DNA of 64,000 nucleotides from Eledone cirrhosa (GCA_964016885.1 OZ024751.1:7006001-7070000), one strand, 5' to 3'; numbered from the stretch's first letter, positions 39,884 through 54,370 are shown. Numbers and translations: made by a program. The notes: generated by a model from the sequence alone, not told the origin.

Positions 39884-40007
39884 TTCCACTGATGATTTAT
39901 AAGTGCCCAACTAAATATATTCTTACATGGATATATATTAGGCTTCTACATAAATGGAAACATTCTCCCAACTTGTAGAAAACTTATAATGAAACAATTG
40001 TTTGGAA
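39884..40007 (+). ncRNA. Type I hammerhead ribozyme, second copy
   Basis: Same as 38880-39005 with core and stems intact. Confidence 0.82.
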
Positions 40008-40300
40008 AGAGAGATATACTTTAACTTTAATTATATCTCATAAAATAATTCACTGGTTTTTCCACATTATACATATTGTTAGCACCCCAAACACTTAAAT
40101 TGGGTTTATATTTAAATATAACCTAATGTTTGTTGAGTGAGATGGTTACTAGTCAGAGTTTAGCTTTAAACTATCTCTGTTATTGTATTAAATTATATAT
40201 ATATATATATATATAGTAATAATAATAAATTTGAAGACTAAAATCCAAAGAGGGCTCGATAAGGATAAATATATAGTATATATGTGTTTTAATATAGAAA

Positions 40301-40349
40301 GCTTCTACAGGACTAGAACTGCTTCATTCGTGAAAAATCATCAGGGAGC
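40301..40349 (-). ncRNA. Degenerate HHR (GAAG for GAAA), same family as 25601
   Basis: gctcc-CTGATGA-tttttcacgaat-GAAG-cagttctagtcctg-TA-gaagc. Confidence 0.55.
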
Positions 40350-40499
40350 AGGGTGTGCAAGTAACTAGTATATTTATATATTTACTTTTCTGGCAGTAGG
40401 AGAGGGTTGGGATTCGGGTAGGTGGAGGTCATTGGTTGAAGGATTTAAAGAAAAGGAAGTTCATTAAAAGCTAATTCTTTAATTCTTTGTATTAACAAA

Positions 40500-41106
40500 G
40501 GCAGAAAAAATACTGTAAATACATTAACTTGGGAAATAATTTCGTAAGCACCCGCGTACCGAAACACAGCTTTATCTATTTTCTGCAAATTGTATTGAGG
40601 AATTTGTTTTCATACTTAAATGTAAGAACAATATTAATCTAAGAACGAATTTATTTAATTCTTGTAGACATCGCCTGAATTCAACATTTAGAACTATATA
40701 TAAATTATAATTACACTTATAATATTTTTACTTTTTTCCATAACAATCTTATCCACTATGTTTTAATATATTGATTTCTCTAAATCATATCTATAACATT
40801 TGCTATAATTTCACTTCTTAAAGTTTCATTAAATATATACATATATAATTCTAAATTTTTTTAAATTTAAATTTTAATTTTAATTTTAATTGTTATTTCT
40901 CATATATCTCCTATCTCACTTTACATATATATCTCCTATCTCATTTTGCATCTATGCATTTTTGTATTTTTTGTATTTTTGTGTATTTTGTATTTTTGTG
41001 TTGATTCATGTGATAGAGATATTAACTATGTATTTACATAACTACTACGTTCCATACTGCAATTTACCCTCCGTTCTACTGTACGGTACTATCGTACAGT
41101 AGAACG
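40500..41106 (+). mobile_element. 3' end of a Hydra-like PLE (EN C-terminus + 3' UTR)
   Basis: Remnant WEIIS*APAYRN..C..CIEE..INLRTNLFNSCRH matches the C-terminus of the 6224-8074 protein. Confidence 0.75.
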
Positions 41107-41378
<272 letters not shown>

Positions 41379-41479
41379 ATAAGGGCTGACGGAATCGGTA
41401 TATTTATTAATGCCAGTACCGGTTGTATCTCGCTGCACTCATATATATATATATATATATATACATATATGTATGTATG

Positions 41480-41604
<125 letters not shown>

Positions 41605-41626
41605 GTATATATAAATATATATATAT

Positions 41627-42310
41627 ATAACAAAGCAAATGTGGTAAGGAACCACATTGACCATAACGCACCAGAGTACTCAATACTTAGAGTAGTAGAG
41701 TGGGAAATAGGAAAAAGTATTACCCTGACGGCAGAGCTCAACGTCGAAACGGCTTGAGCTCTGCCGTCTGGGTCATACTTTTTCCTATATATATATATAT
41801 ATATATAACGAAGGAAATGTGGTTTAGGAACCAGGTGGACCATAAAGCACCAAAGTACTCAATACTTAGGGTAGTAGATGGGTAATAGGAACGAGTAGGA
41901 TCCCGACGGCTGAGCTCAAGCCGTTTCGACGGCTAATTCTGGACTAAATGAAAATTTGTATCCTGGTATATGAATAGCCGAGCTTCTCAGGGGGTAATCC
42001 TATATATGGTAAAAGTGATTGTCACAAGGATTGGTCAAAGGTTTGTTGTTGAGACACATAACTCTATCATGGCAATTTGTGGAAGGAAGGGGTAGCTGAA
42101 CCTGCTAGTAGAAGAAAGAGGGAGAGGGGGTGGAGGAAACCCAGCTGTGCGTTGATAGTGCCAACTAGAGCAGGGCAGGAGGTCAAGGAAGTTGTACTAG
42201 GGAGGGGGAGGGGGAGGATGTCGAAACAATAAGTAAAACAATATGGGGTAAATATAAATAAAAATACCGAGAATGTTAAAAAAACAATTAAATATAAAAA
42301 AAACAATTTC
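41627..42310 (-). mobile_element. Two adjacent copies of a PLE-like terminus (41627-41788 folded back; 41806-~42310) with an HHR-like motif at 41899-41996
   Basis: Minus strand: ccc-CTGAGAA-gctcggcta...tagccgtc-GAAA-cggc-ttgagctca-gccg-TC-ggga. Core deviates (CUGAGAA). Both copies abut (TA)n. Confidence 0.55.
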
Positions 42311-42780
42311 TGGTTACTATAACCTCAGGACAGCTATCAAGTCTCTCACTGGTACTGCTAGACAGGTTTACTAGGTGGGACGGAATTATAATGAGACCCT
42401 TTTAAGAGGTTGTAGTAATCAACCGAGTATATCTTACAGTGACGTGTCAACAAGTGGGGGGCCAAAATACTAAAGAAACTACCACGAAATAATAATTCAG
42501 AGTCCCGAGACTAATAAGAAATAATGGTTTCTACCCTAGGCACAAGACCAGCAACCACCCAGTGCAAAAAATAAACTAATACGAAATAATAATTCAGAAT
42601 CCCGAAAAAGAATACTAATACTATCTCTAAGGGTGCCGCTACGATACAAAAAATCTAGTGCAAACTACATAAATGCTCGTACGAAGTATATGAAAAATTT
42701 GATACGGAAAATTAATTCAGAATCATTCCCCCCCCCCCCCCCCCCCAAAAAAAAAATACCTGATACTCAAAACCTCACCA

Positions 42781-44174
42781 ATGTCCAGTAGTGCTACGTT
42801 TAATATTCTGATCGCAGATTTGGTACGAGCGATGAAGAATGTGTCCCGCATGTGCGACCCAACAGAAATGGAAAGACACATCCAACACTTCATCAACCGC
42901 ATGCAGTTCTCTGGCTACAACCAACGAGACAGAGTCAGAGTATACGAAGGAGCCATGGAGAAGTATAAGACCCTCATAGAACTCGACATGAAAGCAATTT
43001 GCCCATTATACAGGAGCAAATCCTGGAATAGCATAGATAGGGCTAGACATAAGATAGGGAAAGCCACCTCATGGTACGACAACCAGAGATACCAGAGTGT
43101 CATGTTTGTGGATGCTACCTCTGGAGGGAAATTAGCTAACCAGTGTAGAAAGGCCCTGAGAAAGACCCACTTAATGATTAAGGTGGTAGAAAAGCCAGGA
43201 ACCACCATAAAATCCCTGATCAGCAAAACCTACCCTTTTAAGAAAACCCACTGTACTAATAGGAAATGTATCATATGTAAGGTAACCCCCACCCCCGATA
43301 AACTGTAAAACTAGAAACGTAGTCTATAGCATAATATGTACAGAGGGTACTTGCAGAAACATGACAACAACATACATAGGCGAAACAGCTCGTAGCATAG
43401 GTGAAAGGATAGACCAACACTGGGGGGAACTAAAAGGACGAAAAAACGGGTCAGTACTATACGAACATATCAGACAACAACACGACGGTAACATAGACAA
43501 CAGAGAAATTAGAATAATATCTAAGCATAGAAATGACCCAGCAGATAGGCAAATCAGAGAGGCCAGGGAAATAGAACTTAGAAGGCCAAGACTAAACAGA
43601 AAGAATGAATGGAATAACAACAACACCCAAACAAACAACACTGACCTAAGAGAAGTATAAATAAATAAAAAATAGATAAATAAATACATACACAAGCACA
43701 ATAACAACAAACAGATATAAACACACACTAGTAAACATAGAATACATTAACCAATACACAGTCACCCAATCACGAACACACATCAAACAAAACACTATAC
43801 ACACACGCAAACGCATGCGCAAAGAAGACACAATAAAATAAACAAACAAACAAATAAATAAATAAATATATAAACAGACTAAATAAAGATGGCGTAGAAA
43901 TACAATGCAACGTGAGGAATCTATAGCACCACTGACGATGTTGCAGATGTGCAACGAAAGAACTTTGATAAACTATATATATCTGTTTGTGTCTATATTG
44001 TATCTGTATTATTTTTGACCGTTGGTCAGTCAATGGCAACATTGAGGACCGAATAAATTAGATTACCGATATAAAAGACACAGAAGAGAAAAGGGAAAAC
44101 CAACCAAACAGTGAGTGTGTTCTGTTATTAATTAATTCTGGCAATATTACACAAATATGACCCTCCCCAAGTAT

Positions 44175-44180
<6 letters not shown>
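42781..44180 (+). mobile_element. 5'-truncated PLE: RT thumb, Cys linker, GIY-YIG, 3' pLTR with HHR-like motif (43928-43969)
   Basis: RMQFSGY, SVMFVDATSGGKL, IKVVEKPG, CTNRKCIIC, then NVVY..C..C..YIGETARSIGERIDQH..VLYEH..H..REAREI..P.LN. acca-CTGACGA-t-gttgca-gatg-tgcaac-GAAA-gaac-TT-tgat. Ends at (TA)n. Confidence 0.88.
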
Positions 44181-44258
<78 letters not shown>

Positions 44259-44266
44259 TTGTTATA

Positions 44267-44353
<87 letters not shown>

Positions 44354-44439
44354 AGGAGGTGAGTTTTATTGTAGTACAATAAAGCAATGCAGATATCGGA
44401 TAAGAAGCACTCTACAGTTTGTATGACTGGAGTATACAT

Positions 44440-44747
44440 AATATATAAGAACAAAAGATGGTTAAAAGAGTTCCATGTATTTTATTATGCGCATTTCAAA
44501 AACAAATATCATCATGCAATAATATTTGTGTTTTCATCAGATAAAACAGGAGGACAAGATATGAAGGTTAAAAAACACTTGTGGATAGTTCAGTTTTAAA
44601 ACTGAACTATCCACAAGTGTGTTTTAACCTTCATATCATGTCCTCCTGTTTTATCTGATGAAATCATAAATATTATTGCATGATGATATTTGTTTTTGAA
44701 ATGCGCATAATAAAATACATGGAACTCTTTTAACTATCTTTTGTTCT

Positions 44748-44755
<8 letters not shown>
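44440..44755. mobile_element. Spacerless ~316 bp palindrome of a pLTR end with two opposite HHRs (44479-44547 minus, 44648-44716 plus)
   Basis: Centre gtggatagttcagtttt|aaaactgaactatccac. Plus HHR: gttttat-CTGATGA-[aaatattat/atgatattt stem]-GAAA-tgcgca-TA-ataaaat. Same family as 54371-54525. Confidence 0.88.
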
Positions 44756-44826
<71 letters not shown>

Positions 44827-44828
44827 TA

Positions 44829-44862
<34 letters not shown>

Positions 44863-45281
44863 AAATTCCAATGGTATATATAAATTAGACAGTCATAGAT
44901 ACCTATATGTGTTTGGCAACCATTCACGATGTGTCTCAATGATGAATTAATTAAATAATTATTAATCAGAGCATTATATAAAAATGTATGTCCAAAGAAT
45001 CATTAGATAAAATATATACAGTATTTCCTCTCCCAATCAGTATAAATTAACCACACAAAAAATCATTTAAACGAGGCTATAAGCTTAAAATGTACTTATG
45101 AAGAAATAATAGACAATTGATATAGATTCGTTTCTGCGATGTACATCCCTATGACATTTACCTAATATTCCTTCTAGCCTGTAGAAATTGACTAGACAAA
45201 TACTTAATACACCGAATTGGGTACAAAATCGAAGTTAGAAGAAAAAATGCACATAAATTTTACCAGAATTCTCATAGTCTC

Positions 45282-45393
45282 TACCAACCGGCGGTTTCGT
45301 CCCATTATTTGGATATATCCGGTCTTGGATAAATCATTATTTGGATATATCCGGTCTTGGATAAATCCACGAGGCGCGGATCTCATCAGGATA
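45282..45393 (-). ncRNA. Type I hammerhead ribozyme with a tandem duplication inside stem II
   Basis: tatc-CTGATGA-gatcc...(2 x gatttatccaagaccggatatatccaaataat)..gggac-GAAA-ccgccgg-TT-ggta; directly abuts a TA run. Confidence 0.6.
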
Positions 45394-45394
45394 T

Positions 45395-45431
<37 letters not shown>

Positions 45432-45432
<1 letters not shown>

Positions 45433-46290
45433 TAATAAAATAATTCCAACTTCGTCTGATTCACTCGTTTTATTTACAATCCTTTAAAATTTATAATGGT
45501 ATTAGAATGAAATAGTATGGTAGAATATTAAATGTTAAGTGTTAATTGAACATGTACTTTCATGCTTTAGCAATCTTCAGGTTCATAATGTGTGGTGACA
45601 GTCAAGTTTGCAATTTTCAACTGTAATTTGATGGTTAAATTTTGTGCCTTATATACAGTGAAAAGTGGCTCCAGAATGTTAAATCTTGCAAACTGTATTT
45701 CGACCAATCGGTGTGTAGTTTCACTGGATTACTAAAGCTGATAGGTTTAGGCGTCACCGTTGGTTGAGCATGTCTAACGACTACTAATTGACCCTATCCA
45801 AAGCATCAATTGTTTTGCTATTTTTAGAAATGATGAAAATAGCATTTTCTAGTAATCATCACCATCAACATCAGTTTTATTATTATTATTATTGTTGTTG
45901 TTGTTGTTAGTGGTCGTATTCATAGTTATAGTAGGATTAATATCCCATTATTATTGTTCATTTAACTTGGGTTTGAATTTATCAATAACATTCTTTTCTT
46001 TGATTTTTCTCTTGATTTCACTTAGGCTGTGTAATTTGTAGAATGGGAATATTATAAATATTCCCTGACCACATGTTGCTAGATGGTTACCGAGGGGTAT
46101 CTGACGGACATTTGGGTCTCTGATTTGCTGTCGGTGTACCCGTGCACGTTCCGATAGTGCATTTCCAGTTTGACCGACATACAGTTCTTCAAAATTCGGG
46201 CATTTAATGCAGTAAATTAGATTTCTGCTTTTGCAATTGATATTTGCATTTGGCATTGGGGTCAATTTAATTGACTTTCCTTTTAAAGAA
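45432..46290 (-). mobile_element. Neptune-like PLE 3' fragment: GIY-YIG + pLTR with a degenerate HHR (45548-45594)
   Basis: NCKSRNLIYCIKC..LYVGQTGNALSERARVHRQQI..HLATC..KFKPKLN. gaac-CTGAAGA-t-tgc-taaa-gca-t-GAAA-gtacat-gttc (U16.1 lost). Confidence 0.85.
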
Positions 46291-46347
46291 TGGAAAAATA
46301 TTCCCATATGTGTGTATATATATGTATATATATGTGTGTGTGCATGT

Positions 46348-46402
<55 letters not shown>

Positions 46403-48932
46403 TTTACTACTAAGCAATACAATACAATTGCGAATACAAGCGGTAGAGGGCATAGGTTTGACACTAGGGTGTTGCTCTGGGTTGATAGACGACATCTGCG
46501 AATTAAAATTAAGAGATCATTGTTCTGATACTGCTGCAGATAGTCGGAATGTTTATGGAAAGAATCGTTCGGTATATCCTAATGACAAATCCACCCGGCT
46601 GTAGACCCTGCTGTTGACCACGAGTACTATTGTGCAGCATGATTCATCCAGTGTAGTGTATGTGTTGTTGAGCACGGTCACGTGTTCTTAATTCCTAATG
46701 GTTGAGTGAAGAGATTTTATTATATAGCGAGGAAAGAGCTTGCCCGATCTATCTGATGAGAAGCGCCTACAACGTGTGAATCAATTTGAAGCACTGAATA
46801 CATGGCAACACCAAGCACGTGTGTTGGACGGAAGTAATACTTGAAGTGAGAAATGGGTACTTTTCTCAACACCGAGTTCCGTCGCCTGTCTCTTAAACAC
46901 CCAGATATATCTTATTGAGCGGACATCTCTATTAAAAATATGTTCATAATGTGATTACCTGCATAACCAAATCTGCCCGTTTGGCAAAATAGTTCATTCA
47001 TTTCCTTGTCGTATATCAGGGCTGAGACAGGGGATTCAGATTATTCTTCATCTAGGGCAGGAGACGGTGAAGTTGTATTGCATTATATGTTTATATATTT
47101 GCTTTCTGTAAGCAAAACTGCAATCGTATGTATTTTTATGGCGTGAAAATTACAGAAACCTCAACCTTATTGATTTTACTATCGGAAACCGAAGAATGTT
47201 TAAATATCATATCTGACAGATAATCTATGAAATATGTAAGACATTTTTTTGTGTCTGGTGAATACATTGCCAATATCGACTAACGTCACAACGTATTACG
47301 ACTGCTCATGTCAGAGTATAAATACAATAACATTTTGCTATTTCCTTAAAATACATCTTCCATTCTTACGGGAATTCAACAGTAAGGAGATAAATATTAT
47401 AGACAATTTCAATTGAAGATATCGAGTACAAATAGATGTATACGTCACTGTGTGCATATGGTGCCATATGTAACGTGCATTGAATTCAGACTATTTTTAA
47501 ATGCAGCTACTTAAAACTTTATACAAGTAGTATAGTTTCAATCCATGTGATTTCAACATGCAATTACGTTATTATATAAGGTTTATCCCTGTACTGATAT
47601 AGTAAAATCAGCCATTAGGGTGATTGGGATGCCCCCAAAATGGTGCGTCCCATCAAATCTTTTGTCGTATAACGGCTGACCAGATGGTAAACAATATCAA
47701 CAAGATCAACACACTTTACGAACATGTTATATGAAAATTGAATTTGAAATTGTTTGAATTTAAAAACGAAATGTCCAATATAGTTGTTCGGTGCGTAGTA
47801 AGGATGCAATGTATACAGTGACATTAATGACAAGTAAATACCTATGAATATTCAAACAAATCTTCACGATTCCTCAAAATGATTTCACATATTGATGTGA
47901 CAAACAGGTGCAGCACAGCATGGTTTTCAATCCCACTACCTGCAAAGTCGGATCTTCAATATTGTTACTGACTCTCAAATAATGTCTAGGAATTAGATGT
48001 GTTTGCAACCGCTATTAAAAAATCATGGAAGAAGAATGGCTCACTTATGAACAAATCATGCAAATGAAGCATCGGTACGAAATATTGTTATCATTATTAC
48101 TTTCCAATAACACATACAATCTATATATTGGACTAAAATGCGCCGTTAAAGACATTCCGTGCTCTTCGTTAGCTATTTTCATATATTTCATATGAAGCCA
48201 ATTGTGTGCGTGTGTACGTGTGCGTATGTGTGTGTGTATACACGAAGATTCACTCTCCCCGTCTCCTCCTCCTATGTTTTCCTTGCTGGCCCCTTACGTC
48301 CTGAAAACTCAACAATTATAAAAGGTCAGATATATATTCTGTGAAAAATTCTACTATAAAAAGCTCTAAAATTATACGATAATTAGGATTAAAAAAATAT
48401 CCGTCTAACAAACAATGTTGAATCCGATATATCAACGCCTTTAGTAAAAGAGCAACAAGGAAAAAAAAATTGATATTGACTTTCGCATGATGTACCGTAC
48501 GAGTGCATGTTGCCAGTAGAAAAGATTGAAATCAGCAGAAACAAACTGAAAGAAAAATAGACACGAAAATAAACAAAATCGTGGTTTAGCAGATTTACTA
48601 TATTGGAGAGTTGGGGAATAGAAAAAATTGAAAACAACCAAAAGTACATGGTCTTATATCATATAATTATATTGTACACATTTGCTTGCGATAAAAATAT
48701 TGAGTGTGCAATAAATATGCCAACCACTTTCATTTTATTGCTAACAATATTTATCATAAATAAAATAAAATGAAGATAGAAGAAACAACTATTGAAAGAA
48801 AATATACATGGAAAGTGACTTGTAGAGGGAAAAGCAAGACATAATTAGATCAAATAACATTCTTTGATGCTGCCACGAAAATAAAATGAAATAATAGTAG
48901 AGATTATTTAAGAAACATATACGTGCACATAC

Positions 48933-49024
<92 letters not shown>

Positions 49025-49376
49025 CATACATACATACATATACATACATAGATATATATAAATACGTATATATATATATATATAATATATATATATACAC
49101 AGGCATTCATATATATATATACATATATATATATGCATAAATATACATACACTTATATGCACATGCCCATATATACATACACACATATATATATAGACAT
49201 GTATATATACATACATATATATATATACACACATATGTACATATACACATACATATATATACACACATATATACACACACACATACATACACATATATTG
49301 GGTTGTAACATAAATTCCCACCGTTGTTATATAAATCTTCTTATAGAACAACGGCGGGAATTTAGGTTACAATTCA

Positions 49377-49484
<108 letters not shown>

Positions 49485-49839
49485 CATATATATATTCACA
49501 TATATATATACATATATATACATACATATACACATACATATATATACACATACATATATATATATACATATACACATACTTATATATACACATACATATA
49601 TACATACACATATAAACATACATACATATACATACATTTACATATACATACATACATGCACATATATACATATATATACATACACACATATACATACATA
49701 CATATACATAAATATCTATATATATATATTAGGAAAATAAGAAAAAAGTTCCCTTAGCATTTCTACCTTTTTTCTTATTTTCCTAATATATATCAACTGG
49801 TGTGTCACTTCTCTAAATTCTATGTATGTATATACATGC

Positions 49840-50378
49840 ATCATGATGGCTGCCCCCTCGTTATCGAGTATGGCCATTGCACGATATACCATTATTAATA
49901 ATTATTAATTAATTCTATCGTACAAAGCCTGTGCGTGAAGATAATTTTTAAAGTGAGGAAAGACTGTGCACTGAGCCAATCCCACTCTCTGAGCGACAGT
50001 AGCTATAACCCGAAAAGAAGAAAAGATCAACATCATCGGTAACTACTGAGCCGCAGGTTTTATATCGGAGATATCCCAGTTTCCCGAGTTACCTTCTCCT
50101 AGAAGAATGCCCTGACAAAGTCTAGGGGTCCTTCAATCCCAGTGGTTTAACCGCTGTACATATGTATATACACATTTACACACTTTCGGATGGCCGTTGA
50201 CTGTTATGAGTTCTTCCGCCTTTTGTCCGGTTTTGTTTGTTGTCCTGCAGGTGACCCAGTCACCCCCCTCACCAAGTAAACTTGGCGGGGTTTCCAGTTT
50301 TGTCGCGGACGACCCGACCATGCGACAGGTTGTACTGGGTTACATGTTATCAGTAGCAGTCAACAGTGACCCGACATA
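49840..50378. mobile_element. Probable RTE-related non-coding repeat fragment
   Basis: GC-richer island (catcatgatggctgccccctcgttatcgag.., gttaccttctcctagaagaatgccctgacaaagtctagggg) reminiscent of RTE UTR-derived repeats; no ORF support. Confidence 0.35.
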
Positions 50379-50416
50379 GTACATACATATTTATATATAT
50401 ATATATATATATATTT

Positions 50417-50582
50417 TTATACTTGGGGAGGGTCATATTTGTGTAATATTGCCAGAATTAATAACAGAACACACTCACTGTTTGGTTGGTTTTCGCTTTT
50501 CGCTTCTGTGTCTTTTATATGTGTTCTGTTATTAATTATGGCAATATTACACAAATATGACCCTCCCCAAGCATAACAATAT
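50417..50582. mobile_element. Fold-back copy of the 42780-44180 PLE family terminus
   Basis: ttatacttggggagggtcatatttgtgtaatattgccagaattaataacagaacac followed by its own reverse complement ending gaccctccccaagcataacaa. Confidence 0.85.
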
Positions 50583-52789
50583 TTGTTTCGACACACGATT
50601 TCATATAAAAAACCTCGCAAAACTAATTCATTGCCGTTAGATATATATATTTGTATATATATATATGCCATATTTGTTCAGATATAGAGCTTCCCTGACG
50701 GTCGGCTGCGACGAAACTAAAGTTTGTGATTATATATATTGTTTTCCAAGTCACCCAATCAACAATAGACAAATTATAACGTATAGTTTCAAGCCGTCGA
50801 CCCACATTCACAGACAAACTGTTTTAAGATTTGTCATCATATCTTTTAGAGGCCTCTCCATAGACCCTATCTAAATTGAAGTCAATTAACACCTAGAATA
50901 TACTCATGAACTCAGACGCATTAATATTTCAGATTTTCGTTCAGCCATCATATCAATCATGAATGAAATATTTACCAGTTTTCATTTACAAGTAATGTTT
51001 CGGAATTATTTGATCAACAAGGGTACTGAGAAACTTTTTCACAGACGTCTTTTTTTAAATATTTACTTAAAGCCATATAATAGATATTTTAAGCATTTAT
51101 GACATCTAGAGGAATAGATATCTAGATCCAGTAAATAAAAAAGTATTCTTCATGAGAAAAATCCCATAACATGAGTTCCCGACACGAATCCTGAGACACA
51201 GCTAGCCTTCAACTGCGAATGGTCATGACACCATTTTCAATCATTTCATAGCGCATTGGTAGTTTACAGCGTATAAATAAACGCAAAAGGTTAATGCAGA
51301 AAAATTAGATAAAGCAATACTAGAAGAATAAATATGTCTTCATTTGACATCAGAAAAAATGTAATAAATATATTCTAAACTGAAGAATATATTAATAATA
51401 TGGAACATTATGAACGAGTATGAAAATTATTTTTTTCGTTATACATAGCAATGATAATATGAAAGTAATGAAAATTCCTTGTAAATTACATTTTGATACA
51501 AAACGCACTTAATGTTGTCTACACAATAGACATTTCTTAAAGTAAGTGCGTTTATGCAATCAAATATATATTAAATTTAAAATGATATTTATTTGATTTT
51601 TAGATATTAGAATTTGGATCTTTTGAATATCATTTTAAACATCAGCATAATTACTTACAAATATGTATGTAAACCAACTGCACAGACGCCAAACTGCGGC
51701 TACTAGACTTCCTATATAAAACAGCTGCATACCCATTATTCTCGTCTTAACACCTGAAAGATATGTATGTGTTATGAAGATATATATGTGTTATGGTCAT
51801 AGCTAGAATGTTTTGAACGCATATCTATTTGTTTTAGGGACGAAGGTGGGTTAGAAATCCAACAATGAAAATAAACTACTAATGTAGATGTGGTTCATAT
51901 ATATTGCAAAATCCCGATACACTGTATATTTCTGAACACATTTAATCTTAATATAATGTATCTTGTTGCTATACGGTCTATAATTCTTCGCTCGTTGGCA
52001 TTTGCTGAATGAGGAGGTTCGATAATTGGTATGGTCTACGCTCATTGCAGACCTGAGATAGTAAATTGTTTGTGTCTTTCGACACGAAAGACGTTCATTA
52101 ATCATTATATTTGTCGCTTATTGTTGTAGTCAAATCATTGCATCAAATGGACAGTCATTAGTACGTCGAGTAGAATATTGTACGGTATTCGTTCCGGCAC
52201 TCTTGTCTCTGAGTTCAAATCTCGCCGTGTTCAACCTTCCATTTAATGCTTTCGAGGTAGATACAAATGCACCAGTCCAGTACCAGTGTTCATTTCTATT
52301 CTCTATTTCCTTCTCGCCATCGCTCGCTCACTCTCATTCCTTCACTGGGAGAAATCTGCTGTATTCAGGAATGAGAAGGAATGTACGCCGAGAGGCTTAA
52401 ACTTCTCAAGTAATTCCGTATGCCACTACGCTGCCCATACGATTGCAACAGGAATTACGAAACTAAAAAAGAAAGACAGATTGCCGAGAAAATTAGTTAT
52501 TTATACATGAATATTTTCAATATAAACTGACGCACTTTGGAGTTGTGCAAGAAGATTAGATATTGATGAAACTCTCAGGTGGTGAGAGGTGTAAAATGTT
52601 TTGCTTTAAATTATATGTTTGGTTTTTGAGAATGATGTGTTTCATTCATTGACAGTTAAAGGAAAATATAGGCGTACAGATTCTTCTCATCTTTTAATTG
52701 AATATAAATGAAATATGGCTCTTAGGGGAGAAATAACAAAGATCCTATTCTCCAAAATTCAGAATAATTAATATTTAACACTATTATGC

Positions 52790-52933
52790 TTTCTAGCATA
52801 GTTACGTCCCTTTACATTCTGAGTTCAAATCCCGCCGAGGTTGACTTTGCCTTTCATCCTTACGGGGTCGATAAAATCAAGTACCAGTAATGCACTGGTT
52901 AATTGCTGGCCTTGTGCCTCAAGTAGAAACAAT

Positions 52934-52934
<1 letters not shown>
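52790..52934 (+). mobile_element. Meta-type SINE (5' truncated); an older copy lies at ~52150-52290
   Basis: gagttcaaatcccgccgaggttgactttgcctttcatccttacggggtcgataaaatcaagtaccag..ggccttgtgcctcaagtagaaacaat. Confidence 0.85.
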
Positions 52935-53026
<92 letters not shown>

Positions 53027-53151
53027 ATATGTATATATATATATATATGTATATGTATATATATATATGTATATGTATATATGTATATATGTATATATAT
53101 ATTTATAAATATATATATATGTATATTTGTATATGTATATATAGATATATG

Positions 53152-53207
<56 letters not shown>

Positions 53208-53222
53208 CATATACATATACAA

Positions 53223-53281
<59 letters not shown>

Positions 53282-53323
53282 TACATATATAGATATACAT
53301 ATGTATATATATGTATATATGTA

Positions 53324-53360
<37 letters not shown>

Positions 53361-53381
53361 TTGTATATGTATATGTATACG

Positions 53382-53981
53382 TGTAAGTATGCATGCGTAC
53401 ATACATATATGTATACAGACGTACAGTAGTATGTATATATATACATACATGCACACATATATAAATATATGTACGTATGTATTTACCGAACATGTATCGT
53501 AATTTTCGGTTTGTTTGTAAACAAACAGCCCGAATTAAGCCATACAGTGTTCGGCAATCATCGTTGCCCTTTTGTTCAACACTGACAAAGGAACGATGAA
53601 CTAATTTCAAGTGTATTAGCTATCGCCAGCATCGTATACTTTCCTGTCAGATGATTTAACGTTTGAAAATATGCATAAGGAATGTATATACTTTCATCCG
53701 TTCAATCATCTGACAGGAAGATATACGATGCTGTCGATAGCTAATAAGCTTGACACTAGTTCATCGTTCCTTTGTCAGTGTTGAACAAAAGGGCAACGAT
53801 GGTTGCCGAACAATGTATGGCTTAATTCGGGCTGTTTGTTTACAAACAAACCGAACATTACAATAAATGTTCGGTAAATCCATGCGTACATATATATATA
53901 TATATGTGTGCATGTATGTATATATATATAAATACTGCTGTACGTCTGTATACATATATGTATGTACGTATACATACTTAC
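53382..53981. repeat. ~600 bp imperfect inverted repeat (MITE-like / fold-back)
   Basis: Arms of ~280 bp (e.g. ttcggtttgtttgtaaacaaacagcccgaattaagccatac / gtatggcttaattcgggctgtttgtttacaaacaaaccgaa) around a ~37 bp spacer. Confidence 0.85.
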
Positions 53982-54370
53982 ATTTAGGTATCAGCCGTAC
54001 TAAGATTGAGAAATGATATTTCATTTCATTCTTTTCCATATATGTATATGAATATGTGTATATATACAAGAATATATGTATATATATACAAGAAAATTCG
54101 TCCATAGAATCATTTTATCAAATGATTCTATGGACGTACTTTCTTGTATATTGCTCTGATTGTTGATTATTTAATTAATTAATTCCTCATTGAACCACAT
54201 CGTATATACACATATATATATATACCTATGGCTCAAAAACACATATATATATATATACCTATGGCTCTATCTAGTTTATGTATATGTAAATCTATATATT
54301 TTATATATATATATATGTATATATATGTATATATATATATTTATATATGTATATATATATATATATATAT

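Larger units (their letters stand above)
38801..40193 (+). mobile_element. Non-coding element with ~390 bp direct repeats (period 1004 bp), each with an HHR: retrozyme-like
   Basis: Repeats 38801-39191 and 39805-40193. No RT/EN remnants in the middle; TA runs on both flanks. Confidence 0.88.

Noticed and set aside
46440-47070. Moderately GC-rich unique stretch as a host exon; CTGATGA at ~46753 as an HHR
   Set aside because: No long ORF or recognisable motif in any frame, and no GAAA/stem architecture after the CTGATGA.
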